From assembly GCA_964196115.1 (NCBI GenBank), contig CAXMRQ010000036.1, forward strand, positions 1-60,970: DNA of 60,970 bases. Reading direction: 5' to 3'. A program made the position numbers and the translations under genes. This DNA comes from an uncultured Gammaproteobacteria bacterium (GTDB taxonomy: Bacteria; Pseudomonadota; Gammaproteobacteria; GCA-001735895). Below, piece by piece: positions 9,656 to 20,311 of this stretch (position 1 is the first letter of the stretch; each line of letters begins with the position of its first letter). The notes below the pieces were generated by a model. That model was given only the letters and a program-made list of their open reading frames with translations. It was not told the DNA's origin and did not search any database.

Positions 9656-10654
9656 TTAGCTCCAGTTGGCAGCAGGAATCATCGTGTGTTTTTGCTGCAG
9701 GGATTTAAGTTGATCGGGTGTGGGCATCGCGCTGGCGCAACCGCGTTGCGATACCACCAGGGCTGCTGCTGCGCTACCGGCGTCCACGGCTTGCAACCAG
9801 TCGCCGTTATTCATGTATTCGACCAGCAGGTTACCGAGAAAAGCATCACCCGAACCGTAGGGTTTGAGTGGGTCGAGTGGGTAAATACCCGAATTTAGCC
9901 GCTCCCTGCCTGCGTAAAGGCTAGCGCCATCGGCACCGCGCTTGAGTATCATTATCTGATTGTAGCGCTGGCATTGCTCTATCTGGATTTCAATGTCGTC
10001 GCATAAAACCGCAAATTCCTCATCGTTACCGATTAATACCTGGGCCATTGCTGCCGCTTCCATATAGGCAGCACGGGTGATTTCGAGGCCAGGCCAGTTC
10101 CAGGCGCGGTAATCGAGATCCAGCCACACCATGCAACCGAGATGATTGGCGTGGGCCATAATCTCGAGCGTTTGTTGGCGAGAGTCAGAGTCAATCAAAC
10201 TGGTGCCGGTTACAACCAGATTACTGGAATCTTCGAGTGCCTGCTTAATTGCATCGCTACATTGAACTTTCAGGTCGGCTGCGTTATTGCGATAAATAAC
10301 AACCTCGCAGTCGTCGGTGCGAACTTCAGCCAGTGCCAGGCTGGTACGTTCGTGACCGGTGGTGTTAGTCGTCAATGACACATCAACACCAAACTCTAAC
10401 AAACGCTTCCGCACAAACTCACCGACTGCGTCATCCGAAACAGCCGAAATTAATCCGACTTTAGCCCCTGCTTTTGCCATCGCCACCGCTATGTTGCCAC
10501 CGGAACCGCCGACATCACTTGAAAACGACATCGCCTGGTGAATTTTGCAGCCATCCGGCTCGGGGTATAAGTCCATGCCTGCACGACCCAACACTAGCGC
10601 ATGCCAGTTTCTGGGAGAGTCATAGTTAAGCTGCAAGGCGTTAGAATTAGACAT
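9656..10654 (-). CDS. PfkB family kinase, IolC-like (kinase domain only)
   Basis: LGRAGMDLYP, VGGSGGNIA, LDLDYRAWNW, YGSGDAF. Confidence 0.82.
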   Translation of the reverse strand: MSNSNALQLNYDSPRNWHALVLGRAGMDLYPEPDGCKIHQAMSFSSDVGGSGGNIAVAMAKAGAKVGLISAVSDDAVGEFVRKRLLEFGVDVSLTTNTTGHERTSLALAEVRTDDCEVVIYRNNAADLKVQCSDAIKQALEDSSNLVVTGTSLIDSDSRQQTLEIMAHANHLGCMVWLDLDYRAWNWPGLEITRAAYMEAAAMAQVLIGNDEEFAVLCDDIEIQIEQCQRYNQIMILKRGADGASLYAGRERLNSGIYPLDPLKPYGSGDAFLGNLLVEYMNNGDWLQAVDAGSAAAALVVSQRGCASAMPTPDQLKSLQQKHTMIPAANWS

Positions 10655-11771
10655 CCAACCATTGGCCCGACATTGCGGAGCGATCTATCGCATCCATGAC
10701 GCGCTCAATTTTGATACCGTCTTCAAAATTGGGCCAGGCTGGTTCACCTGTGGAAATTGCAGTCAGTAATTTATGTAGTTCGCATACTTTGACATCGATA
10801 AAACCGAGTGTGTGACCCGCGTTTGGCAGGAATGCATCATAAGGTGGATGGTAAGGTCCGGATAAGATGGTCCTGAAACCCTGCTGACGCGGGTCATCAC
10901 TACGGGTATAGAGTTTGATTTCGTTAAGACGTTCCTGATCGAAACAAATCATCCCCTGAGAACCGTGAATCTCCCAACGCAAACCGCACTTACGGCCCCA
11001 GGCGACGCGGCTAACGCGCAGAGTTCCTTTGATGCCACTGGCAAAATGGGCCAGTGCTGTGCAGACGTCGTCATTATCAACCGTTAGTGTTTGTCCTGGA
11101 TTATTAAGATCGCTGCGTTGTTTGTGTACAGTATCGTAGTCACCCACCAACCGTGTTACTTCGCTGCCCGTCATTAAGTGCGCAATGCTAAGCAGATGGC
11201 ACATGACGTCGGCGTTAGCGCCCGAACCGGAAGCCTCGCGACTCATTCTCCAGCTATGTGGCCGGTCCGGATCGGCTTCATTGTCTATATCGTAAATACC
11301 ATGGAAGCCGGTAACTCGTCCTATCGCGCCTTCCTCAATCAACTGGCGTGCCGATTGCACCAGAGGATTTTGAGCGTAGTTATAACCAAGCATAGTCTGG
11401 CATTTTGAAGCTCGCGCCGCGGCCAGCATTTCTTCGGCCTCGGCCACGCCAGTCGCCATCGGTTTTTCACACCAGACATGTTTACCGGCCTTGAGTGCTG
11501 CTATAGAAATTTCTTTGTGGACGGCGTTAGGCACGCATATAGAAATGAGTTCTATTTCAGGATCATTTACCACGTCCATGTAGTTACTGGTAGAACGTGC
11601 ATAGCCCATTTCGGCCTGTTTAATTTTGGCCCTTTCCGGATTAATATCGCACAGCATTTCCAGTCGAGGTCGTAGACCATCGCCAAATGCGGTGCCTGCG
11701 GCAGCATAAGCAATTGAATGGGCCTTACCCATAAATGCCGTTCCGATGACTCCGACACCTATTTCTTTCAT
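10647..11771 (-). CDS. Gfo/Idh/MocA family oxidoreductase (inositol dehydrogenase-like)
   Basis: GVGVIGTAFMG Rossmann fold, VWCEKPM, D...CH catalytic region. Confidence 0.85.
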   Translation of the reverse strand: MKEIGVGVIGTAFMGKAHSIAYAAAGTAFGDGLRPRLEMLCDINPERAKIKQAEMGYARSTSNYMDVVNDPEIELISICVPNAVHKEISIAALKAGKHVWCEKPMATGVAEAEEMLAAARASKCQTMLGYNYAQNPLVQSARQLIEEGAIGRVTGFHGIYDIDNEADPDRPHSWRMSREASGSGANADVMCHLLSIAHLMTGSEVTRLVGDYDTVHKQRSDLNNPGQTLTVDNDDVCTALAHFASGIKGTLRVSRVAWGRKCGLRWEIHGSQGMICFDQERLNEIKLYTRSDDPRQQGFRTILSGPYHPPYDAFLPNAGHTLGFIDVKVCELHKLLTAISTGEPAWPNFEDGIKIERVMDAIDRSAMSGQWLDV

Positions 11772-11820
11772 GTGAATATCTCTTTTAATAAATTTGTTTA
11801 AAATGTAAGCGCAATTCTAC

Positions 11821-11979
11821 GAGTCTGTCGGACTTAGGTAGTCGTCACGAGGGAAAGACCGGTTTGAGTCAGATTTTGAGTTCTTTTAAGGAACACGTCA
11901 TTCTATTTGACGAAAAAGAACTCAAAATATGGCCAAATCCGGCATTTCCGTAGTAGACCTGCCTAAGTCCGACAGACTC
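11821..11979. mobile_element. MITE-like element, family A (complete copy)
   Basis: Terminal IR GAGTCTGTCGGACTTAGG / CCTAAGTCCGACAGACTC; internal perfect 15-bp IR ATTTTGAGTTCTTTT / AAAAGAACTCAAAAT; the same end recurs at 22018 and 57491. Confidence 0.8.
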
Positions 11980-12052
11980 CTGGAAGGCTGCATTGAAGGT
12001 AGCTGCGGAGATTGCAAGGCCAGGGAATTACCCGGCCAGCGAGTCATAAGCC

Positions 12053-12871
12053 CTAAACTGTACCGCCTAGCGAACCTTCGAGCGTCGCCAGTTCCTGGCC
12101 ACCAGCCATCAAGTTCTGCAACTCCTCGGGTGTGATATCACCGCGTTTCGCGGTACCTAAGGTCTTGCCCCGGTCGAGTACCGTGAAACGGTCGCCCACG
12201 GCCATCGCATGTCGTACGTTGTGGGTGATAAACACCACGCCGATACCCTGCTTTCGCACCCTGTCGACCGTAGCCAGAACATTGGCGGTCTGACGTACGC
12301 CGAGTGCCGAGGTCGGCTCGTCCAAAATCAGTATTTTGGCACCGAAATGGACTGCACGGGCAATTGCTACCGTCTGACGTTCGCCACCCGAGAGCGTGCC
12401 GACCGCCTGATCTGGAGAGCGTAGATTGATACCCATCTTCTTCATTTCGGTCATCGTTATTTCGTTGGCGTGTTCGTGGTCGAAGAAACTAATGCCTGCG
12501 ATTTTTTTCGTCGGCTCGTTGCCCATAAAAAAGTTACGAGTCACCGACATCAGCGGGATCATCGCGAGGTCTTGATACACGGTGGCGATCCCTGCAGAAA
12601 TCGCATCGCGCGGCCGTTGGAAGTTCATCGGCTTGCCCTCGAAATAAATCTCGCCTGCCGAGGGTTTATGTACACCAGACATGGTTTTAATGAAGGTCGA
12701 TTTGCCTGCTCCGTTGTCCCCCAGCAAACAATGACATTCACCAGGGAGCACATCGAGTGATACCCCGGAAAGTGCAATCACCGAGCCGAAATGCTTCTCG
12801 ATGCCCTTCATTTTAATAATTGCATCGTCAGTCGTCTCGACGTTCTTCATTTCAATTAATGGTTCGGTCAT
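12053..12871 (-). CDS. Sugar (inositol) ABC transporter ATP-binding protein
   Basis: GDNGAGKS, LSGGERQ, ILDEPT. Confidence 0.92.
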   Translation of the reverse strand: MTEPLIEMKNVETTDDAIIKMKGIEKHFGSVIALSGVSLDVLPGECHCLLGDNGAGKSTFIKTMSGVHKPSAGEIYFEGKPMNFQRPRDAISAGIATVYQDLAMIPLMSVTRNFFMGNEPTKKIAGISFFDHEHANEITMTEMKKMGINLRSPDQAVGTLSGGERQTVAIARAVHFGAKILILDEPTSALGVRQTANVLATVDRVRKQGIGVVFITHNVRHAMAVGDRFTVLDRGKTLGTAKRGDITPEELQNLMAGGQELATLEGSLGGTV

Positions 12872-12872
12872 G

Positions 12873-13997
12873 TTATTTCTCCCCGGTAATCATGCGGCGG
12901 ATATAAGTGTTGAGGATCACCGCGAGTAATAGAATCACACCAAGGAAAACTCTAAATAGTGAGCTTTCGACGCCTGCAAAAAACAATCCCTGCTGTACGA
13001 CGCCAAAGACAATCGCTCCCAGTGCCGCGCCGATCACCGATCCGTAACCGCCGGTTAGCAAAGCACCGCCGATGACAACGGAGATAATCGCCTCGAATTC
13101 CTTCAACAGTCCGCGATCAGCGCCGGCTGAACCAAACTCCATTACCTGGGCGGTCGCAAATACACAGGCGCAAAATGCAGTAAACATGAACATCGTGATT
13201 TTGACCCGGTTTACCGGCACGCCCACATAACGGGCCGCCTGTGCGTCGCCACCGGAAGCAAATATCCAGTTACCGAACTTAGTTTTAGTTAACAACCAGT
13301 GACCAAAAATGACCAGAACCAAAGCCCAGACCATTAACATCGGGATGCCTTCGACTACCGGTTGGCCTTCTCTGGTGCCGCGTGTAAAGGTTTCGATCCA
13401 GCCATTTTCTCCCATCCACTGAAAAAATCCGGTCAGTACCTTGCCGCCGAAAATAGGTGCCAGCCAATCGCCTTCAGCCGCGTCCTTGACACCACCGATA
13501 ATGGTTTTGCGGGTGGTAGCGATAGCGGCAAATATGGTCAAGCCGCGTAAAATAAACAGGAATGCCAACGTCACGATGAAGCTCGGCAGTCCAGTCTTGA
13601 TTACCAACCAACCATTTAACCCACCTATTGCCATGCATAGGATAAAAGTGACGATAATCGCTAGCCATACGGGCCAGCCAAAGCTGACCGACAGCAGCGC
13701 AATTGACATGCCGGAAAATCCGATCATCGAGCCGACCGACAGGTCGAATTCACCGGCGATCATCAACAGGCAGGCACCGACGGCGATAATAATGAACTGC
13801 GCCGATACGATTGACCAGTTCATCACACCAGCAGGCGAAAACATGCCTGAGTCTCGGGCGGTGAGGAAAAAGAATACAAATACCAGGATGACGCCGCAGA
13901 TGCTTCCCAGTTCGGGTCGGATCAGCGCTTTGTGAAAGTCCGACGTTTCTTTGACGCGCTCGTCCGTTGCTATCGGTGTTTGTTCGGTCTGTGACAT
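12873..13997 (-). CDS. Sugar (inositol) ABC transporter permease
   Basis: EFDLSVGS, GLPSFIVTL, GGALLTGGYGS; BPD_transp_2-type hydrophobicity. Confidence 0.9.
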   Translation of the reverse strand: MSQTEQTPIATDERVKETSDFHKALIRPELGSICGVILVFVFFFLTARDSGMFSPAGVMNWSIVSAQFIIIAVGACLLMIAGEFDLSVGSMIGFSGMSIALLSVSFGWPVWLAIIVTFILCMAIGGLNGWLVIKTGLPSFIVTLAFLFILRGLTIFAAIATTRKTIIGGVKDAAEGDWLAPIFGGKVLTGFFQWMGENGWIETFTRGTREGQPVVEGIPMLMVWALVLVIFGHWLLTKTKFGNWIFASGGDAQAARYVGVPVNRVKITMFMFTAFCACVFATAQVMEFGSAGADRGLLKEFEAIISVVIGGALLTGGYGSVIGAALGAIVFGVVQQGLFFAGVESSLFRVFLGVILLLAVILNTYIRRMITGEK

Positions 13998-14025
13998 CTA
14001 GGATTCCTCAGCGGTGTTGGAAGTC

Positions 14026-14055
14026 AAAAAGGCGACTGCGATCCGCACAGTCGCC
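14026..14055 (-). terminator. Intra-operon hairpin or intrinsic terminator after the SBP gene
   Basis: GGCGACTG/CAGTCGCC stem followed on the minus strand by TTTTT. Confidence 0.6.
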
Positions 14056-14070
14056 CAATCACTTTATTGT

Positions 14071-15027
14071 TTAGCGGTATTCGCCAGCGTATTTCTCGAC
14101 CAGGGTCAAAGCGTCTTTGGTCACGAAACCCGGGCCTGAATTGATGTTGTTGCCGGGCAGTACACCATAACGGTCGTAGTTAGTCAGAATAACCACTGGC
14201 AGATAGGCTTGCAGGAAGGGCTGTTGATCAATGCCCCATTGGATTACACCAGACTTGATACCTTTGACGATGTTGTCACCCAAATCAAATGTACCGAAGT
14301 AGATATCACCGGCCAGGCCGTTTTCTTGCAAGGCCAGAAGAGTCGGATCAGCCGATGTAGGCCCAAGCGTCAATATCGCTTCAGTCTTGGGGTTGGCTGA
14401 CAAATAAGCCATTACCCGGTTTTTGATTTCGGCAGGATCCTGTCCACTGTCGAGCATGGAGCTACCCAGTTCGATACCAAGACCATCCGCAAAACCACGG
14501 CAACGCTCTGCTACGACTGCGTTGGAAATAACATGGTTGACACAAAGGAATGACTTGATGCCATCACCTTTGGCGCGCAAACCGGCTGCAAAACCCGCGT
14601 CATATTCCGGTTGGCCGACAAACATTAGTGCACCGACTTCGCGGGTCTGTTCGGGCGTACCGGAATTCATGATGATTACGTTGATGCCCTGATCGACCGC
14701 ATTTCTGATCGGGCCGCTGAGTACGTCGAAATCAGCCAGGGTGGTGATAATGCCGTTCGGTTTCGAAGCCGTCGCCTGCTCTATGATGCGAGCCATGTCG
14801 GCCAGATCGCCTGTGGGCGGGTTACGGTATTCAACTTTAACGCCCATCTGCTTACCGGCCAGGGCAATTCCATTTTTAACGGTATTCCACCAGCTGTCAG
14901 AATCCGGTGCGTGGCTGACAAGGATGTATCTTTCGCCATCTGCCGAGGCGGATGTAGCGGTCATCGCAAGTGGTGCAGCGATCGCCACGGACAATGCCAT
15001 GGCAGTTAGTAAACTAGATTTTTTCAT
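14071..15027 (-). CDS. Sugar ABC transporter substrate-binding protein (probable inositol-binding)
   Basis: Signal peptide, DSWWNTVKNG, GIDQQPFLQAY; Peripla_BP type I; iol context. Confidence 0.88.
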   Translation of the reverse strand: MKKSSLLTAMALSVAIAAPLAMTATSASADGERYILVSHAPDSDSWWNTVKNGIALAGKQMGVKVEYRNPPTGDLADMARIIEQATASKPNGIITTLADFDVLSGPIRNAVDQGINVIIMNSGTPEQTREVGALMFVGQPEYDAGFAAGLRAKGDGIKSFLCVNHVISNAVVAERCRGFADGLGIELGSSMLDSGQDPAEIKNRVMAYLSANPKTEAILTLGPTSADPTLLALQENGLAGDIYFGTFDLGDNIVKGIKSGVIQWGIDQQPFLQAYLPVVILTNYDRYGVLPGNNINSGPGFVTKDALTLVEKYAGEYR

Positions 15028-15282
15028 ATATCCTCCGAGTAGGATGGTTGGCCTACAAAATAAACAATATTCAGAGCGATGCTCTGTTACCTTACAAAAT
15101 AAGGTAGCTGGATTAGCCCAGACATAAAATGCCTTGTACGAGCTGCTTTGTTACCACACAGAAAATGATCCGGTGGACCGGAGCCTGCCATTTATTGTCA
15201 CATTCCATTGCGGATTAGCACATAACTCACAGATATCTAATTTGTACCACTATAGAATATAAATAGCAACTATATTAAAAAT

Positions 15283-15300
15283 AGAATATTTATTCCAAAA
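15283..15300. promoter_or_regulatory. Putative IolR operator 1
   Basis: AGAA-N6-TTCC; 15285-15300 is the exact reverse complement of 16249-16264. Confidence 0.65.
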
Positions 15301-15377
15301 TTACTTTTCATTGCGTATACTTCGCCGAAACCGTTAAACGACCCTGTTTATTAAATAATCGCGTTAAACTCGAGGCT

Positions 15378-16217
15378 ATGATGTCTACAGCAATAAGCCA
15401 GCAACCTCCCAGAGTATTCAGTGCGTTAAAACCCTGGTTGCAGGAGCACTATGTTTCATTGCCCAGACGTTTACAGAGCGTGGCTGAATTTGTATTGGCT
15501 AATCCAGATGTTGTCGCATTGAATACCATTGCCGTTATTAGCGATAAAGCCGAAGTCACGCCGTCCACTCTGGTACGCTTTGCCAAGTCTGTCGGCTATC
15601 AGGGTTTTTCCGACATGCAGGCAGTATTTCAGCAGAGCATGCGCCACATGCCTCAGCCTTACGATCAACGCATCCATCACCTCGATGAGCAGGATCAGCT
15701 CGATCAAACGGTATTACACCGATTTAGCCGGGCGGCTAGCGCCTCTATTGACAAGCTGCAACACCAGGCCGACGAAGCCGCCATATTGCAGGCCAGTGAA
15801 CAACTGGCTAGTGCGCGTTGCATTTATATCGCGGGTCAGGGGCGCGCCACGCCGGTGACGACTTATTTGCATTATATGTTTGTGAAGATGGGTTTACAGG
15901 CCGTATTGCTGGACGGTATAGCCAGCACAATGACTGACAAGGCTAATCTGATTCGACCCGATGAAGTGCTGGTGGCGGTTAGCTTCAGCCCTTATACCGC
16001 CAATACGCGGGAACTGGTCGATATCTGCCTGGCGCGGCAGGTTCCAGTAGTAGCTTTGACGGACTCTACCTTAAGTCCTATTGCCAGGGTCGACGACCTG
16101 CATCTCGAAGTGCTCGAAGAGGAGGTAGGCGGATTTCGAGGCTTATCAGCCACGATGTGCCTGGCTCTGTGTCTGGCGGTGGAAACCGGTAAGCAGCGTT
16201 CACACCATGCCGCATAA
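15378..16217 (+). CDS. iolR: RpiR/MurR family regulator IolR
   Basis: N-terminal HTH (PSTLVRFAKSVGYQGFSDMQ), SIS domain (SFSPY, ALTDSTLSP); divergent from the transporter and upstream of iolC. Confidence 0.85.
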   Translation: MMSTAISQQPPRVFSALKPWLQEHYVSLPRRLQSVAEFVLANPDVVALNTIAVISDKAEVTPSTLVRFAKSVGYQGFSDMQAVFQQSMRHMPQPYDQRIHHLDEQDQLDQTVLHRFSRAASASIDKLQHQADEAAILQASEQLASARCIYIAGQGRATPVTTYLHYMFVKMGLQAVLLDGIASTMTDKANLIRPDEVLVAVSFSPYTANTRELVDICLARQVPVVALTDSTLSPIARVDDLHLEVLEEEVGGFRGLSATMCLALCLAVETGKQRSHHAA

Positions 16218-16248
16218 TTATTCATATTCAACCGGTATCAAAACAGAG

Positions 16249-16266
16249 TTTTGGAATAAATATTTC
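16249..16266. promoter_or_regulatory. Putative IolR operator 2 upstream of iolC
   Basis: GGAA-N6-TTTC; 16/16 identical, inverted, to the site at 15285-15300. Confidence 0.65.
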
Positions 16267-16280
16267 GGAATATTAAGATA

Positions 16281-18191
16281 ATGAAACAAAAGCCACTTGA
16301 TCTCATTTGTATCGGTCGCGCCGGCGTGGATCTCTATGGTGAGCAGGTCGGGGGTCGTCTGGAGGACATGGGCAGCTTCGCCAAGTATGTCGGTGGCAGC
16401 CCGTCCAATACAGCTATCGGCACGGCCCGCCTGGGATTGAAATCTGCCCTGCTGGCTCGTGTTGGCAACGAGCATATGGGTCGTTTTATCCGCGAAACTA
16501 TGGCGGCCGAGGGTGTTGATACACAAAAAATCATTACCGATCCTGAACGACTAACCGCCCTGGTATTACTTGGGATTCAGGACGAAGAACACTTTCCCCT
16601 TATCTTTTACCGAGAGAACTGTGCCGACATGGCGCTGTGCGAAGAGGACGTGGATGCGGATTTTATCGCCCAGGCGGGCGCAGTTCTGGTATCCGGCACC
16701 CATTTGAGTACCGCCCGTGTAGCAGCAGCTAGCCACAAGGCAATGAAGCTCGCGCGTTCGCAGGGTTCCAGGGTGGCGCTGGATATCGACTATCGACCTA
16801 ATCTATGGAACCTGGCCGGTCATGGCGATGGTGAATCGCGTTTCATTGCCGACCGGGGTGTAAGCCAACATTTACAGAAATATCTCGCCGACTGTGACCT
16901 AATTGTCGGCACCGAGGAAGAATTTCATATTGCAGGTGGTACCGAAGACACATTGGCGGCGCTGCGCAAAGTGCGTGAGCTAAGCGATGCGGTCCTGGTT
17001 TGTAAACGCGGCGCTATGGGCTGCAGAGTGTTTGAAGGCATAGTTAATGACTGGGAATCGGGTGTCTCAGGACCAGGGTTTAAGGTAGAGGTTTTTAATG
17101 TATTGGGTGCCGGCGACGCTTTTATGGCAGGCCTGCTACGAGGCTGGCTACGTGGAGAAGACTGGACTACCAGCTGTACCTACGCCAACGCCTGTGGCGC
17201 CTTCGCGGTGTCACGCCATGGTTGTGCGCCGGCTTATGCTTCGGAATCGGAGCTACTGGATTTCATCAAAAATGGCAGTGAATACGAGGCGTTACGATTA
17301 GATCCTCGTCTCAATCATATTCATCGCGCCACTAACCGTCGAAAAAGCTACGACCGCGTCGTGGCTTTCGCATTCGATCATCGGCAGCAATTCGATCGCT
17401 GGGCAGACGAGCATGGGCGCGATTCTAAGGATATTGGCGAATTTAAAAAATTAATCTGGCAGGCGGCCGAACAAGAAGCGGGCAGCGATTCCGGTTTCGG
17501 TGTACTGGTCGATGATCGACTAGGACGCTCCGCGCTGCAGACGGCAACCTCATCGGGTGCCTGGGTCGGTCGTCCGATCGAAGCCTCCGGCCAGTTCCCA
17601 ATGGCTTTCGAAGCCGAGGGTGATATCACCGAACACCTGGCCGACTGGCCACTCACTCAGACTGTCAAGGTATTATGCCCGTATCGTCTGGATGACGATC
17701 CGGTAATCAAAAGCCGCCACGAAAAAATGATCCAGAACCTGGACCGCGCCTGTCGGCACAGCGGACACGAATGGTTGTTGGAGATAATTACCGCGCGTAA
17801 TGGTAGCAACCCTGAATTCAACACCATCGAAACCATCATGCAGCATTTCTATGAACTGGGCGTTAAACCGGACTGGTGGAAACTGGAGCCCGGGACTGAT
17901 ACGAACTACTGGAACGCTGTCGGTCAGGTAATCGATAAACATGACCCCTGGTGTCAGGGCGTTATCGTATTGGGCCTGGATGGTTCTATTGAATCCATTG
18001 GCGAATCTTTCAAGGTCGCGGCAAACCAGCCGTGGGTCAAAGGATTTGCGGTTGGCAGAACCTTGTTCGCGCAGCCCGCCAGAGACTGGCTTGCCAGAAA
18101 TATTGATGACGCAACCGCAATAGCAACAATGCGCGCCAATTATCGCAATATGATCGATGCCTGGGACAATGCCCACTGCAAAACACATTAA
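16281..18191 (+). CDS. iolC: 5-dehydro-2-deoxygluconokinase with C-terminal DUF2090 aldolase domain
   Basis: CIGRAGVDLYG, VGGSPSNTA, LGAGDAF, then AFDHR and KPDWWKLEP. Confidence 0.92.
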   Translation: MKQKPLDLICIGRAGVDLYGEQVGGRLEDMGSFAKYVGGSPSNTAIGTARLGLKSALLARVGNEHMGRFIRETMAAEGVDTQKIITDPERLTALVLLGIQDEEHFPLIFYRENCADMALCEEDVDADFIAQAGAVLVSGTHLSTARVAAASHKAMKLARSQGSRVALDIDYRPNLWNLAGHGDGESRFIADRGVSQHLQKYLADCDLIVGTEEEFHIAGGTEDTLAALRKVRELSDAVLVCKRGAMGCRVFEGIVNDWESGVSGPGFKVEVFNVLGAGDAFMAGLLRGWLRGEDWTTSCTYANACGAFAVSRHGCAPAYASESELLDFIKNGSEYEALRLDPRLNHIHRATNRRKSYDRVVAFAFDHRQQFDRWADEHGRDSKDIGEFKKLIWQAAEQEAGSDSGFGVLVDDRLGRSALQTATSSGAWVGRPIEASGQFPMAFEAEGDITEHLADWPLTQTVKVLCPYRLDDDPVIKSRHEKMIQNLDRACRHSGHEWLLEIITARNGSNPEFNTIETIMQHFYELGVKPDWWKLEPGTDTNYWNAVGQVIDKHDPWCQGVIVLGLDGSIESIGESFKVAANQPWVKGFAVGRTLFAQPARDWLARNIDDATAIATMRANYRNMIDAWDNAHCKTH

Positions 18192-18205
18192 TTGAGAATA
18201 TCGTT

Positions 18206-20044
18206 ATGAAAACTATCCGACTTACCGCTGGCCAGGCCCTGGTTAAATATTTGACCAGTCAATTCGTCCGTCTTGACGATGGCTCTGAACTGCCATTATT
18301 CGCCGGCGTCTGGGCCATCTTCGGCCACGGAAACGTGGCTGGTATTGGCGAGGCGTTATATCAGGTAAAAGACAAGTTACCGACCTACCGCGGACATAAT
18401 GAGCAAAGCATGGCGCATGCTGCGGTCGCTTTTTCCAAGGCACGTCGGCGACAGCAGATCATGGTGGCTACTTCGTCAATTGGTCCGGGCGCGACCAATA
18501 TGGTAACCGCTGCAGCAGTGGCGCATGTAAACCGGATTCCGGTGCTATTGATTCCGGGCGATGTCTTCGCGTCGGGCCTGCCCGACCCGGTGTTACAGCA
18601 AGCTGAAGATTTCAGTGATGGCAGTACTACGGTTAACGATGCATTTCGCCCGGTAAGTCGATATTTTCATCGTATTACTCGCCCGGAACAACTCGTTCAG
18701 GCCTTACCAAAGGCAATGGTAGCTCTGACGGACCCAGCTCAGTGTGGTCCCGCCACCATCAGCATTTGCCAGGATGTGCAATCGCTGGCGTTTGATTTCC
18801 CCGAAACTATGTTTGAAAAGCGCGTATGGGGATTACGTCGGCAGGCGCCGGATAGTCACGAACTGGCGCAAACCCTTGCAGCTATCAAAGCCGCAAAAAA
18901 ACCTGTTATCGTTGCCGGTGGCGGAGTGCGCTATTCCCGGGCCGAAACCGAATTAAAAACTTTTGCCGAGACTCATCAGATTCCAGTAGTCGAAACCCAG
19001 GCCGGTAAATCGTCTCTTCAGGCCGATCATCCACTTAATTTTGGCGCGGTTGGTGTAACGGGTGTTACCTGTGCCAATACGGTGGCCAGCGAAGCCGACC
19101 TGGTACTCGCAGTGGGTACGCGGTTACAGGATTTCATTTCCGGCTCCAACAGCCTGTTCACGAGCCAGGTGGTGCAATTGAATGTACAGCCGATGGACTC
19201 GATCAAATATCGCGCCCTGCCATGCGTAGCTGATGCCAGGATCGGATTGCAGGTATTGTCTGAGGATTTAGCCGATTACAAAGCGGACCCTGACTGGATT
19301 ACCTATGCCAACCAGTCGAGAAACGAATGGATCGAAATACAACAGGATATCCTCTCGGCCGCCGATGGTGCCACGATTCCGAGTGACGCTCAGGTTGTCG
19401 CCGCGGTCAATCAAAGTGTAGCAGCTAACGCGGTTGTCGTGGCGGCTGCCGGTAGTTTGCCTTCCGAACTACACAAGCACTGGAATAGTGCGCAGGTAGG
19501 AGGTTATCACCTGGAATATGGTTATTCCTGCATGGGGTATGAAATCGCCGGCGGGGTCGGGGTGAAGCTGGCGGAACCCGATCGCGAGGTAGTGGTGATG
19601 GTAGGCGACGGTTCCTACATGATGATGAATTCCGATATCGCGACTGCCGTTAGTCTAGGCCTGAAAATCACTATCGTGGTTCTTGATAATCGGGGTTACA
19701 GTTGTATCAACCGCTTACAGATGGCCACGGGTGGTGCCAATTTTAATAACTTGTTACGTGATACCCATCATGAAGGACTTGCCGAAATTGATTTTGCCGC
19801 GCATGCCGGAGCGATGGGCGCGAAGGCTGAGCACGTGGCCAATGTAGGCGAACTCAAAGCCTCGGTTAAAGCAGCTTCGAATCACGCCGGCGTCAGCGTT
19901 GTGGTGATCGATACTGACCCGATGCACGCTTCGCCTGGTGGTTGTTGGTGGGAAGTGGAAGTGCCGGAAGTATCGGTACGTAACGAAGTGCTTGAGAAAC
20001 GTGCAGACGCCGTGGCGAGTCGAATGCAGAAGAGAGGGTATTAG
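18206..20044 (+). CDS. iolD: 3D-(3,5/4)-trihydroxycyclohexane-1,2-dione acylhydrolase
   Basis: IFGHGNVAG, TSSIGPGATN, LEYGYSCMGYE, GDGSY TPP motif. Confidence 0.95.
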   Translation: MKTIRLTAGQALVKYLTSQFVRLDDGSELPLFAGVWAIFGHGNVAGIGEALYQVKDKLPTYRGHNEQSMAHAAVAFSKARRRQQIMVATSSIGPGATNMVTAAAVAHVNRIPVLLIPGDVFASGLPDPVLQQAEDFSDGSTTVNDAFRPVSRYFHRITRPEQLVQALPKAMVALTDPAQCGPATISICQDVQSLAFDFPETMFEKRVWGLRRQAPDSHELAQTLAAIKAAKKPVIVAGGGVRYSRAETELKTFAETHQIPVVETQAGKSSLQADHPLNFGAVGVTGVTCANTVASEADLVLAVGTRLQDFISGSNSLFTSQVVQLNVQPMDSIKYRALPCVADARIGLQVLSEDLADYKADPDWITYANQSRNEWIEIQQDILSAADGATIPSDAQVVAAVNQSVAANAVVVAAAGSLPSELHKHWNSAQVGGYHLEYGYSCMGYEIAGGVGVKLAEPDREVVVMVGDGSYMMMNSDIATAVSLGLKITIVVLDNRGYSCINRLQMATGGANFNNLLRDTHHEGLAEIDFAAHAGAMGAKAEHVANVGELKASVKAASNHAGVSVVVIDTDPMHASPGGCWWEVEVPEVSVRNEVLEKRADAVASRMQKRGY

Positions 20045-20308
20045 TGGCCTCTCAAGCTAGGAATGAAGGATTCAGAGTGCTCCAGATGATCTGGAACAAG
20101 GCGCAACCCGCAGGAAATGGCATGTCCTTTTCAAGGGTTGCAACGCAGAGCCAGGTCATCTGGAGCACTCCCTTCGGGCGAGACAAGAAGCGGCCATTCG
20201 CTTTGTTGCGCCTTTTGCCAAGGACCAAGCCATTGCCTGCAAGGCGCGTCGCGCGACTAGCCGCTTCACGTCTCGCTGAACCCATCATTCCTAACTTGAG
20301 AGGCCACT
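20043..20308. mobile_element. MITE-like palindromic element, family B
   Basis: 24-bp terminal IR with 1 mismatch (AGTGGCCTCTCAAG(C/T)TAGGAATGA); internal 20-bp IR GAGTGCTCCAGATGA(T/C)CTGG; lies between the iolD stop and iolB start. Confidence 0.8.
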
Positions 20309-20311
20309 GAC

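Noticed and set aside
8802-9659. 285-aa plus-strand ORF
   Set aside because: Antisense shadow of the iolB paralog with no recognisable motifs
20044-20310. 88-aa ORF as a genuine protein-coding gene
   Set aside because: Coincides exactly with a palindromic MITE and has no protein motif; kept only as a possible translational-coupling feature
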